Source of the DNA: Octopus bimaculoides
Lineage: Eukaryota
NCBI RefSeq assembly: GCF_001194135.2
Contig: NC_068986.1
Location: forward strand, 26,288,921-26,352,920
Length of the DNA: 64,000 bases
Direction of reading: 5' to 3'
Below, piece by piece: positions 1-12,937 of this stretch (positions are counted from its first letter, which is position 1; every line of letters begins with the position of its first letter). Below the pieces are notes generated by a model. It had not been told where the DNA came from and did no database searches. It was given only the letters and a program-made list of their open reading frames with translations. The translations under genes and the position numbers were made by a program.

Positions 1-500
1 TCAGAATTCCTTGTAGCATTGGCAGGTACAAATTCTCAGTGAACACTGCATTTGAAGTGGTATAAAACAATGAGCATGTTCTTCATTACAAACCTGCCAT
101 GCTTTCTTTAATCCTTGTGTCAGTGAGATCTTATACTGTCATTTTGTCTTTGGACAATGGTCATAAACTCAACTTTCATCATCCATGATGACTCTAAGAA
201 TGAAAGCTGGATTAGCTTAGCCTTCTCTTAAAACTCAAGGCACACATCAAAATGTTCCTGCTTTTGATCAAGAGTCAGGTTGGGTGGTGGAGACTAACTT
301 TGCAACAATACAATGCATGCTCAAGTTTTTCATGAGAATCTCCTGTTGCAAGCTTGATAACTAACTCTAGTTACATGAAGGAGCTAGTTGACTGACTGTT
401 CAACATCTCTCGTCATGGATGAATTCACAATTTATTTTCCACATTTTCTGACATTTTGCTAGTGATTGATCACCCTGAATGCTCATTAACTAGAACACTC
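1..500 (-). mobile_element. Degraded mariner transposase fragment
   Basis: The minus strand reads, with stops and frameshifts, EHSG...LTLDQKQEHFDVCLEF..K..NPAFILRVIMDDES.VY...KKAWQV. This resembles mariner LTxxQKxxR / VITGDESWVY / PKKAR. It continues off the window edge. Confidence 0.7.
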
Positions 501-3500
501 ATCATCATCATCATCAGCTATTGAAATACATGTGCCAATCAAAAACCTATATTGATTTAAAGAATGTTCACTTAAAGCCTGACAAAGCACTTCAAGGGGC
601 TGTCAGGTTCTTTGCAAAATTTGACACAACCATGTTGCTTCAGTTCATCAGTCATGGTAAAAATTCAAGAGCTGTTCTAACATAACATTAGAAAATCTCA
701 TAGCTCAACATGAGTAACACCTTGTATACTCTGTCTACTGAAATTCAGATTTTTAACAGTATTTTAATATCACCTTTATTCCTTTTGTATCTCTTTAAAA
801 TGTCTATCAGTTTAAATGTAAAGCATCAAGAAGCTTGATCTCCAAAAGGCTAACACCACTTTAATGAATCCTAATAACAAACATTGCCAAACAAAATTTG
901 TTTTATGCTGTTCTCCTTTAATGAGCAGCCACTATTGAAAAGAACATTGTTTTTAACTCTAAAGTTCATGCTATAAACTAGAACTTGCAGACATTCATAA
1001 ATATTTAATATTCTACACAAAATGAAAATTGTTCTACTAGCACATCAGAACAATCAAATTAACAAAATTGTTCCAAGTAACCATTTCACTTAAAAGCTTA
1101 ACCTGAGTGCAGAAAATTTCAGTTTATAAACTTCAATCAATATCAACATCTATGTCTGCTTTTCTATGCTACCATGCAATGGACAGATTGAACCCTTTTA
1201 GTTGCCTCTTATGACATACAACCATAAAAGAAAAATACCAACAGTAATAAAACAGTAATTTTTAGAGTATACATTAATTTCCATGACAATAAGACAGGTT
1301 TCCAGCTGCAATATTTTGGCAATAGCATTTAGCTTGCTTAACTAGTAAAACAACAATAAAAATAGTCGGTACCTTTTATGTTGCTTGTAATCTGCAACCA
1401 GGTCAAGTTAACCAATCAAATATTTTATAATGACTCAGTTTAGCACACTAGATATGGAATAAGCCAACAAGGGAATCTATCTTATATAAATAGCAGCCAA
1501 ATTTCCTCAAATCACACCCTATCAATTTAAAAACAAAAAAAAAGACGCATTTGACAATGTAGTCCCAGTTATATAAAATCATGGGAAAGTTGGCAGCTGA
1601 AAAGCCTTTGATTATAGTCTGTTCAACCAAGCTATACCTGGGGTAAGAGGTTAAACAACAATAGGACAATCAAATTTTTCATAATTATTCCAATGACTTC
1701 TAGGAGGGTTCATGTAGGAAAATTCATTACAAATAAATGATCACTATAATTTACTCCAGTGTGATCCATTGCTAATTCATAACCTTAAAATATTTGTATT
1801 CCTACTATGAACAGCTAAAATACTACCTTAATTAATAACATTTAGAAACCCTACTCCTAGCATTCACTATTGGATATATCAACTGCATTGAACTGGGCTC
1901 AAGGCTGATAGCTCCCAATATGCAACAAAGCTTATACACAGATATTTGATAAAGAACCAGCAAAAAAGATAGCATTTTCAAGCCAATTAAATAATAAATT
2001 CTTCTAAGAGAAAAGTTCAGATATGATTGGGATAGTATTGACATAGTTTGTTTTGATCAAGACGAGTGAAGAAGCAGTCTCACAACCTAAGAAATAGGTG
2101 CCAGTAATAGATTAGCTAACAAATATTCTATGGATCAACTGCACCTTTAGCTTGCAGGGTGATCATTCAAAACATTCAAAATTTGCTTAATTTGTCATAT
2201 TCATAGGATATCACCTTATCAAATCTTATTTTCTTTAAGATGTTAAGATGTAATTTAATGAAGATTTCACTAGTTCTACAAGGTTAAGCAATCATGTTGA
2301 TGTTCCTAGTTGGCTAGTTAGTCCATACTTATTGTTTAGCCTCATGCCTGCTCTAATTAAGTACACCTATGATCAAAGTAGTACACCCATTATCATCTGT
2401 TTTTTTTTTTTCTTTAAGGTGGTATGGTGTAGTTTGAAAAGAGTTTGACTATATCTGATAGGTTGAGCAAGCATGTAGAGGTGCTTCTATTCACCCATCA
2501 CCTCACAGTTCAAAGATGAAAGTTATAAATACTGGAAATTAAGGTCTTAGATTCATAATGTTGATTTAGATGAAGATGGCATGGTTAAGTTCACATTGCA
2601 ACCACATAGTTTCAGGTTCAATTCCACTGCACAGCACATTGGGTGTCTTCTACTATAGTCTCAGATTGATCAATATCAAGAAAGTCTTCTGTGAAAAAAC
2701 ATGTCTGGCAATGGGGAAATATTACCTTCCCTGAAAACAAGTGACAGCTGGTGACAAGAAGGGCATCTGGCTATAGAAAATCTACCTCAACAAACTCCAT
2801 CTGATTCATGCAAGCATGGAAAATTATCATCATCATTTAAGTTCCATTTCCATGCTGGCATGGACTGGATAGTTTGGCAGGAACTGGCCAGTTAAGGAGC
2901 TGCCCAGGTTCCAATTGTCTATTTTGACATGGTTTCTATGTTTGGATGCCCTTTCTAATGCCAACCACTGCAGAGTGTATTGGATGCTTTTTATGTGGCA
3001 CTGGCATGGACACTTTTACTTGGCACCATCATGAGGAAAAGTGAACATTAAAGGATGATAATGATGATGATGTGTCCAGCATCCTTGATCTCTACTCTAT
3101 TTTATGCTGCTCTGAAAGTATGAAAGACAAAGTTGACCTCAGCAAGGTCTTAACTCAGAGCACAAAGCATTTTGTCCTACATTCTAATGACTCTCCCAAA
3201 CTAAGACAAATATAAATTGATGGAATAGTCACATCATTAATAAAGCAACATTCAATAAAATGAAGGGATGGAACCCTGAAACAATTATTCAATCATGCAA
3301 AGCCTAGATGTTTACCTATGGCTCAACCAAAACCTCTAGTTTTACTTCAGAACCATTCAAGACACAATCCACCATATTTGTAGGTTTTTATTTTTTTACT
3401 AAATCAATGAATAACTGGCAGCTGTTTACTAGGTCATGAAACAGCTTCTTGTTTTTATTAAAATAAACTATGTCAATACTCTTTCAACAGCAAAAGATGA

Positions 3501-6500
3501 TTTAATTACAAAACAATTCCTTGAAGTATTATAAACATTGGTAATTTACGTTAAAATAATCAAACATCCATGATATAAAAACAGTAATAAACCTATGAAA
3601 CAAATACTATTTTGTATACAGGAACAAGCTGAAGAAATTTTAAAGTTTGTAAAAATCAGACATCATTGAGAATGTTGATGGCTTCACAAGAGTTTCACAG
3701 TTAGCCACAATACCTTAGAAAAAGAGTTGTGTTCATTACTGTGTGGACCTACAGAGTCTACATCCAATATCTACTAATGGAGCAATACTGAGAAACTTGA
3801 AAGGACCATGCTTCCTTCCAAAACTAGATTTTAATATGAGCTATCATTGAGCAGAATTAGATCTATTGTGACATCATAACATTTGCTTCTTCCAGAGAAT
3901 ATCAGTAAAGAGTTATGTGTAGATTTTTCAAGTCTGATGTAAGTAATATAGCAGTTGATATTGTAGTTTATGATAGGCTAAAATCATGTATCTTTGATGA
4001 GAGACTATTTTTGTTTCACTATTTAAAATCAAAGAATCCAATGGAGGATGTGATTAATGCTGTAATTTATTACAAAACTATACAAAAAAAAAAAGATATT
4101 TCTGATGAGTGTAAGGGGAAAGTATCAGAAGTTGAAGGTATGCATAACATTCTATGTTGATAGACAACTCCAGAGTCAAATGTTACACTATTTCTAGCAT
4201 ATTTACATAGAAAACACTGAACATATTCAGTGACCCTCAACTATTATTAACATTATTTAGTGGAAAGGGGAAAGCCTTCATCAAGAATACTTTTATGGAG
4301 ATTTAGATTGAGACCCTACAATTAACATATACACTTTAAAAAAAAAGCATCCTTAATCCAGATTATCTGTCATCTCAACCAACAATAACAACAATGTATA
4401 TTGATAAGGACCACTGGGAACAATAATTTTGTAATAATGGAGTTCTACAAAGGCCTTGAGCATTACCACAATCCCTCTGATTAATAAAGAATTTTTTTCA
4501 TAAAGCAGAGAAGAAATATCAAAATGACTAGTTTCTGACTCTTAAATCTTTTTAGAGCTTATTTATCTCTACTACCATAATGCCAGTAAAATATATTACT
4601 GCTGTGCTGGTGTATTACTATATATACATTTGTACAAGAACTCACCATTTTTTTTCTCTTTTAGTTTTTCTCATCATCTAAGTGACTAGGTTATGTTGTA
4701 GCGTAGCTAATTACTGTTTCCTCGCCACCTCCATCACCTAATTTTTGTCTAAAACTCACCTTTATGTATATTCATTGGCACACTTTATCACCCAGTTTTA
4801 CATCACCACCTAGCCCTTGTGTACTTTGGCTGGAATGATAGCCACTCTATTGCAAACATTTGAACTATTCTGCAGCCTGAGACTAGCTCCAGATCATGGT
4901 TTTTTTGTGTCTTTTTTTTTTACCACCAGACTTAGAAGTACACTAGGCATTTCTTGCTTCACAAAACTTGGTCAGTCAATTACTCAGTAGTCAAATATTA
5001 AACAGAACACTAAAAAATGCAGAATGGAAAATCTGACCAATGACAAACAAACCAGTCAACACAACTCAGATTAACACTTGGCCTTTTGAACTCATGATGT
5101 TCACTTTTAGCAGCTTGTTAATTAGAAAAAAACATTGTTACTTCTAACTCTAAACCCCAAGTCATATATGGCTGCTCACTTTTGCATTATCCAGAAGTAT
5201 AGTTAAATGAAATTACACCTACCAAAGCATACTTACAGATTCAGAGGGTTAATCAGGATAGAATTACAGTGATACACCATCAGCACTACTGCACTTAACG
5301 AATCCCCTAGCAAACAAGGAGCTATACCAATTTCTAGAGATGTCTAACAATAGCTGACATGCAATGTTATGAAGTTGTTTAACTCCAAACATTTATTTAT
5401 CCCATGCAATATTGCACTGATCAGTAAGAAATGCTATCTATCCATCGTTTGCATGTTTAATCTCACAATGACTAACTGATTTAGTTAAGGAGTAGTTTTA
5501 TGCTTATCAAGGCCTGTAAAAAGTATTGATGCCACAGCACTAAAAAAACTAGAAATCAGTTATTCACACTCATCCAGTACAATTTGATACACAGGAGTAA
5601 GTAAAAAGTAGAACTGCCTCTGGAACATAGTGTGTAAACACAACAAAGAAAGTTCTCTTAATGTCAAAGAAAAACAGACAGAAAGATTTGCACTCATCAG
5701 TACTCATCAAAAAAAAAATCACTTTGCAAAACAGCAAATACTGAACAGAAATATCCCAATTCACAAATCAGCTTTTACTAAGCTTGTAAGATTGAAAGCA
5801 AAAAAAAAAAAAAAAAAGCATCTGCTAACAATGCTCAAAAGAGAAATCACAACAGATTCAAATGTTCATGATACAAAAGCTTCTTACAGGCAGGAAAAAA
5901 ACTAGTTGTTAGTTCCATTTTCTGAGTGTTAAACAATTCAGTAATTATGCAACACACATTAGTCCTTTCTAAGGTACTAAAAAAAGACTTTGCAGAAAAT
6001 TTCGAATCAACAATTTCAACAAAAATATAATGCTATGAAGCAAAAATTAACCATGTACATGATCTAGAAGAAATTATTCTCAGCAAGAAATCTGGAGTGT
6101 GATTAAAGTATAACAGTATTCCAAAACTTCAAGTAGAGATAGTATTCCAGAAACTTTCCTTAGACCTATTTCATGAGCTTTTCATGCATCTACAGCCAAA
6201 TAATGCCTTGCTTTCCAACAATTTACAAACAGATGGGAAATAGTGCAATGTGGAATTTTCCTACCCAGTCTAAATTCTCACCAAATAATGTAATGTTATT
6301 TACATAGATGCCTTTACTAACACTTTCAATCCCACTCAAGCCCCTATTAAAGCGATCATATCAAAATATTGACAAACATTATTATTACAGAACTTAGAAA
6401 TGACTTCAATAAGTTGTATTGTAATTTCATGTGATTTCATTGAACCCCAATAAATTCTAAATTACTTTGAAAATCAAAGCACATAAGCAGTCTATTCTTG

Positions 6501-8707
6501 TTAGGACACAAAAATGTTAAAACCACTCTGCCATATGCTACAAAAGTGCATCAAGTAAAATGTTGGCATCAAAAGAATTTCTTGCCCTGACTAAAATGCT
6601 TGCCACCATTTTCCTTTGATAAATTCAAGACAATCTTGGCAAAAAAAATGACGTATGAGCAAGAAGGTTTATTAGACTGGTAACAGTCCAAAAGTTTTCT
6701 CATAAATTAAGGTTTGCATCACCACCACAATCTTGTTTACATTCTCACTTGCTACATAAGCCTCTGCAAAATCAAGGAAGAAAAAATATATTTCCAATCC
6801 AAAAGTAGTAACATCCAGGCCTAAACGAAGGTTCAATGATTTCAGATCGTTTTCATATAGAGGTAACGAGTTTCAAAGCCTTGTTGACAACTTTTCAACT
6901 ACAATATACTTTTGCTAGTTCTATGACACTAGTCAGTCTTCTGGAGAACTGACAAAAATAAAATAAGATAAATAAAACGATTTTATACCAGCAAGGAAAA
7001 CGGGCGTCAAAGGAATGAATGAATGATGAATTTTGGGATTATCAGCAGCAGCAAGAAAACTGAGATTAATGTACCAACCACCACTAAACATGCCATAATT
7101 AGAGTAGTTGGGGAATAAACACTAATGCCTTGACCTATCTATTTGACTGATAATCAACAGCTGAATAATATTAAACTATCTCAACGAGAATGTCTGGAAC
7201 AGTCACAAATTTGCGACCACCAAACACACTTCTGTCTAAAGATGAAAGCAGGAATCTCAGAAGCGGTCGCATACACCAACTGGAAGCTTTTCGATTGCTT
7301 TCTCAAAATCCTGCTGAGTGTGGAAAAGGTTGAAAGAATGCAACTCGGTGAATCGCAAAACACTTATGTATATAAAACGGATATCTTATAAATAAATAAA
7401 AATAACCTAAATTGATTTGTTATTTATCACCACCTGTTCAAGTAAGGCCTCGTATACTTCAACAGACAGTATATAAACTTCCTGTCGATTACAGCTGATT
7501 TTGGTCGTGTTCCGCAAACTGAAAACGCTACGCTAACAAATCCGGCGATGACTTTCGAAATTAAATTTACATCCGTGTAGGATTGAAATGAAAATTTTAA
7601 CTGCATTTTTTCTCTAAAATATTAAGATCGCTTAATTGTATAAATTGAAGAATCTTATCTAAAGGATAAACTTTATAAAGAGATATAAAAAATATGTCCT
7701 ATATATATATAAAAAAAAAAAACGAATTTCAGCTTCACACGGTCAATGTTTTCACTAAATTTCTCTTGTTTATTAACTAATAACCTTCATCGCTCAAAAC
7801 AAACCTCCGATGAAAGGAGATGGCGTGGATAATTGATAAAGCAACAGATTACATTTTTTTACTGTATTTAGTATTGCTATCTTCAATTCTCACCGGTATT
7901 GACGTTTCTTCAACAAAAGTCGATAAAACATGATTCAATAGACTTATCTTCCTTGTACCTTTTCTAAGACTGGGCCGGTGCAAAAGAAAAAGAAATTATT
8001 GGAAATAATGGGGTCTGGTGGTGGAGAGTGAGTTAGGCAGTAGAAAGTCTAAATGTCTTTAGTGCTCAGTTTTCCCCCTTCTAGATTCTGAGTTCGGATC
8101 TCGGTGAGATCGTTGAAAATAAGTTTCGGTAAGATCCTAGTCAAGATGGCCAAATAAGCATTAGTAGTTAACTGTTCAGCATCAAGTTAGCTCTCACTGA
8201 GTGGACATGATCAAAATTGTTCCAACCATGCCCTGTACATCCTTCCCAAGCATTACGTGTCATGGAATACATTATCCAAATGTATACTTTTCATTTAGCT
8301 TCTATTTCTAGCAGTTCAAGCGACCACTTACAGGTAGATTCATTCAACCACTCCTTCCTTGCAAATACTGACCCTGCGCAAAAGGTTAGTCGTAATGATG
8401 CAGACTAAATGAATTAAGTTCCCGTTCAACTGCTGTTTAGAGTCGATAAAATATCAGTAATATACTGATATCGATCAACTGTATTCTCTTTTTAAATAAT
8501 GACTTGCCAGAAGAAATCGTTATCATCCTCAATATTTTTTTAGAACACGTTTTTTTTTTTTTAATTTTACAATTGTTAAAGTTAAACGAAGTAAATAAAT
8601 GTCATAACAGGTCACTTAGGATTTATTAAACACGAAAAATCTGAGTAGGAAGGATAAACCCTCTTAAAGTAGGTAGTTTAAATGAAACTGACTTGGTATC
8701 AAACTGA

Positions 8708-8743
<36 letters not shown>

Positions 8744-8801
8744 GTCAGTAAATCATAATAAATCCGAGAAAGAAGCACATTAAGTTATAGAGCGGTAGAA
8801 T

Positions 8802-9019
8802 ATATAAAGATAGATATGGCCGGTCTATGGGGTTACCCAGGGCTTCACGTCCATAAAGCGCTTAGCTTTACAGCGTTTCTTCAGACCCTAAACCCGTTGG
8901 ACTATGACCTCAGAGGCCAACGGGTTTAGTTAGGGTCTAAAGGAACGCAGTAAAGCTAAGCGTTTTATGGACGTGAAACCCAGGGTAACCCCATAGACTG
9001 GCTATATCTACCTTTATAT
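8802..9019. repeat. ~218-bp imperfect inverted repeat (foldback/MITE-like)
   Basis: Arms of ~100 nt (TATAAAG...GGTCTATGGGGTTACCC...AACCCGTTGG and CCAACGGG...GGGTAACCCCATAGAC...CTTTATA) around a ~14-nt loop. Confidence 0.85.
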
Positions 9020-9543
9020 CTATCTATCTATGAGAGAGCGCAAGTGAAGATATAACATTACCGGTAATTAAAATTGGAAGGCATGTTCAATACTTCAGCA
9101 ATCCGATTTGAAAACAGAAACATACCATTCTATCCTACTCGCACATATTTCAAAAAATCCTTGTTCTCTACTTCGACTTTCAACTTCAGAATGCAATAGT
9201 CTGAACACTCATTGAGGTCATATTTATATTGCAATTCATCTCTCTGGGAAGAACGTTCGGAATTCTCATCACTATGTCAACAGATAAAAATCGTGATCAC
9301 TACCGAAGGCTGTGATCATCTCGTGATGCAATGTAAATGCTAAAAAGACCACTTGTGGATTGCTTAAACGCATTAAACATCTAAGACGGTCTGACCCATT
9401 CGTATAAAAGCCTTCCAGATTAATACAGACCAAGCATCCTTAAAATATGCAGCTAAAATGTTAAAGCATATGTATGCGACACATTCATACATGCAAAAAC
9501 TGGAATTATAAACGGTTTAATCGTACGGGAAATGTGTATATAT

Positions 9544-9594
<51 letters not shown>

Positions 9595-11525
9595 AATATA
9601 TATATAAAAGCTTTATCAATGAAACGTTCACGTTTTAAGCGAAGATACGCATTCGATATTATTTGATATTTCTTTCTTTTAAATAGATGTAGCTAACTGT
9701 ACTCCGGACAAAAGGAGATGTAATGTACAATAAAAATGTAAACTCCTAAATATATCTAGGCTTAAACAGTATAAGGTACTGTTTAATTTGAATAAATTCG
9801 AAAAGAATATTGAACAAAATGACGGCAACCTGAGATTTTTTTTTTGTCTATCCATTGATGTGTAATCGTTGTTTTGTTTTGTTTAATCCGATTCTGGTAA
9901 AAAAAAAGTATAATCGTTAATACATAGTACTGAATGCATATTGTTAGGAATGATACAATATTTAGCTTTTGGGTAAATTATTTATATAAATATATATCAA
10001 ATACAGAATAAATACGGTGTGTGTGAAGGTGAACGGAAAAAAGTCACAGTTAAAATGTCACATTTCATTTCAATTCCATAATAATAATAATAGTTCACTT
10101 ATTTAACCGACAATAACAGGATCCGTACACAATGACAACACAATTTATATAATGATATTATACGTAAGTGAAATAAAAGCCACATTTTATTCAATATTTG
10201 AAATACAACAATAAATCAGGGGTAAAATATTAAATCAATTATTTATTGAAGTTTTTCCTCTGACTATTTTCTGGATTCGTGTGTAAATGCATGTGTAAAC
10301 ATATGTCCTATTTATAAATAGTTTCCTGGGAAAAAGTTATTAGTTAAATCTGAAGGAATAAATAATACTAACATCTAGAGTGGACGAGGTGAAGAAAATA
10401 TAAAGGAATTCTTTACTTGGTCCCTGTATTTAGAAGATGAATGCATAGCTTATGAACTTCATTGAAGGTAGCCATCGGGATAGGGGTAAAGCTTAGCAAA
10501 GTGGAGTTGCTCCATCAGATGTTAAACACCAATTTTCACTTGCAAAATAAATACATAGATACCTAAGGAAGTTGTAATTAAAAGGAAAATAAGTTTTCTT
10601 CCGTTCACATTCTCTAAACTTATAACTAAAGCAATAAAGAAAATGAATATAATCGGCTAGCGTGGATGAAGCTGTCAGATGTTGCACCAAAACCGATAAA
10701 AGCCATCAACTGCGACAAATATACATAGATTCATATTGAAATTAGATGAGAAGCTAAAAAGGTGGATCCCCATAAAAATCCGTAGACATAAGCAAGTAAA
10801 GAATGTTCGCTCCCAACAGCATTTTTATCGACATACTGTGAAATTTTAAGGAGTGGTTGATTTGTTTACTTAGGAAAGGAAAACGAAGAGATTTTATCTT
10901 TGCATTACAAAAAAAAAAAAAAAAAAAGGAGTTAGAGCAGAACATCTGTCATCCCGATATATTGTCTAACTAACCCAACATACATTCTACTAATGTTTCT
11001 TGTAAAGAATGAGAAAAGAAACATAATTTTATTCATTTATAGCCTCTGGTCGTCAGAGAAGGCGACAAGAAAGATACATTCAAAGCCTGTATCCAAGCGA
11101 AGACTTTAAAAACCTACACAACGCAAGCAAAATCCACAATTTTTGATTAATAAAGCGATTATGTTTAGATTGTTCTCATAGTATGCTAATGATAAAATAC
11201 CGAGAGAAAAGTCTTGTTGAATATTCGTAAAATTATCATGTGTGCAGCAAATGAGAAAACAGCTTACCTTTATGTGTCATTCATTAATCAACGAGTATAT
11301 CATTACTAAGCCATTGTTAGGAGCGACAAGGCCAGTTTGAATGTGCAGTGTGCTGCCATCAGACGACAAGTATAATTACAATATTTTTTGTTTTAAGGCA
11401 GCATTTTGATTTTCTATTTGATAAAGTGTTAATAATCTGTATAAATTATCAAAAATTAAAAAACATTGTTGATTCAGCTTGAAATTTATGACTCGAGATT
11501 TCATACGCCATTCCGGTATTAAATC

Positions 11526-11621
11526 TCACGTGATCTGCCTACGTCCTTTTCAGACTGAGTTCTTCCATTAGGTAGTAGTTATTTCGGTGCTGGTGAACAG
11601 AATCGAAAACAATCCAAAATG
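11526..11621 (+). promoter_or_regulatory. eEF2 core promoter and first exon: E-box plus TCT/TOP-like start
   Basis: TCACGTGA at 11526-11533. The pyrimidine initiator TCCTTTTC at 11544-11551 fits the TCT motif (YYCTTTYY) typical of translation-machinery genes. The ATG at 11619 is followed directly by the donor GTACGT. Confidence 0.6.
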
Positions 11622-12888
11622 GTACGTGTCATCTTTTTTAAATTTATATAATTTTATACTTAGCTATCAATCTTACACTGGTTAAGTTCATATTTTTAAA
11701 TTTTATTTGTCGTTTACTTGTTAAATCAACATTTTCTTTCACTCCTCTACATTCTCAGTGGCGTCTATATAAACTTGTCATTTCAATGGTCTTTCTTTCT
11801 GTTCTACTCAAAAAGCTAAAGTCAGTGATATAAAAACATACGTTTAGAAACCTTCTATTTGGCTTAATATTTTACTTTATCTAAATGTATAAAGAAGGGC
11901 TTCTTTATTACGCAACAGGCCTCAAATATGGCAATTGACGTCATTGTATGGACAAATAGCTGCTCAGTGCTACTACGTGTTAAATTATACTTCCGTAGTT
12001 CTCAATTCTCGATTTTTCATTACTTTCAGAAATGCCATAATTTTTTTTTATTTAGTTATATCTTAATTATGAAGGACATTGATAATTATACCATATGTTG
12101 CCATCTCTGTAAACTTAGAAATATTCTTGATTCCTTTTTCTTTTTTTTTTGTTTACGTATGAATTTATTAGCTCTCATTAAAATCTAACAAAATGAATAA
12201 ATGTGATAGTTTAATCAATGATAATTCTAATGAGTTAGTCAAAAAATTTATTCCTTAAATATTTTTTTCATAGATGACAGTAGGTACATATTGTTCGCAT
12301 AATGATGTCATATTTCTGTTTAATAGAAATATATGTACAAAGAGTAGAACCTCGAAATTTTCCACCGTTCTAGGTATCGCTAATTACATGTGAAATTTAA
12401 TTGGCTACTGTTCCATTACCAGAGACAATGAGTTGTCTCAAAACTTAAGTAATTACGTCTGTAGGTCTTTGTAGACCTCATTGTCCTTCCTCTCATTAAT
12501 GTTGCGCAATCCTGTGAACTGTGGTGCAATACGATTATTCGCATATTCCCACATCTGGCTATTTGACTACAATCACATCTAGTATCTATAGTAATTTGCT
12601 CAAACTTGTCCAGTTTGTGCCCTAAGGCATTTCAAAATGCAAAGGGACTCATATTTTATATTTTTTTTACATACAGGTGTGTGTTCGTATAATTGCTTAC
12701 TATTTTTAGGTCTATTATCGGATGTCGTTTTTCTGGTTTGGTTTTACTTTCATTCAACGCGCTCTATCCAGACAGCTGAGAATTTACAATGGTAGTTATC
12801 TTATTACTGTCACATTGCCGATGACATTTTCGGTAGCACCTGCCAATTTCGGCGATTCCCGCAGTTTTCCATCTGTCGGTGGTGTTAG

Positions 12889-12937
<49 letters not shown>

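Noticed and set aside
3915-4160. 81-aa plus ORF with nearby splice-like sites
   Set aside because: No recognisable domain, and I could not build a consistent exon chain.
7023-7150. Plus-strand C/D boxes, or telomerase RNA upstream of the H/ACA-like fold
   Set aside because: ATGATGA lies in a GAAT repeat with no terminal stem, and no CTAACCCT-type template was seen upstream.
9186-9272. Minus-strand C/D snoRNA (GTGATGA...CTGA, 87 nt)
   Set aside because: No terminal stem or recognisable rRNA antisense element; the surroundings look like a decayed CR1/L2-type 3' end (FSNRIAEV).
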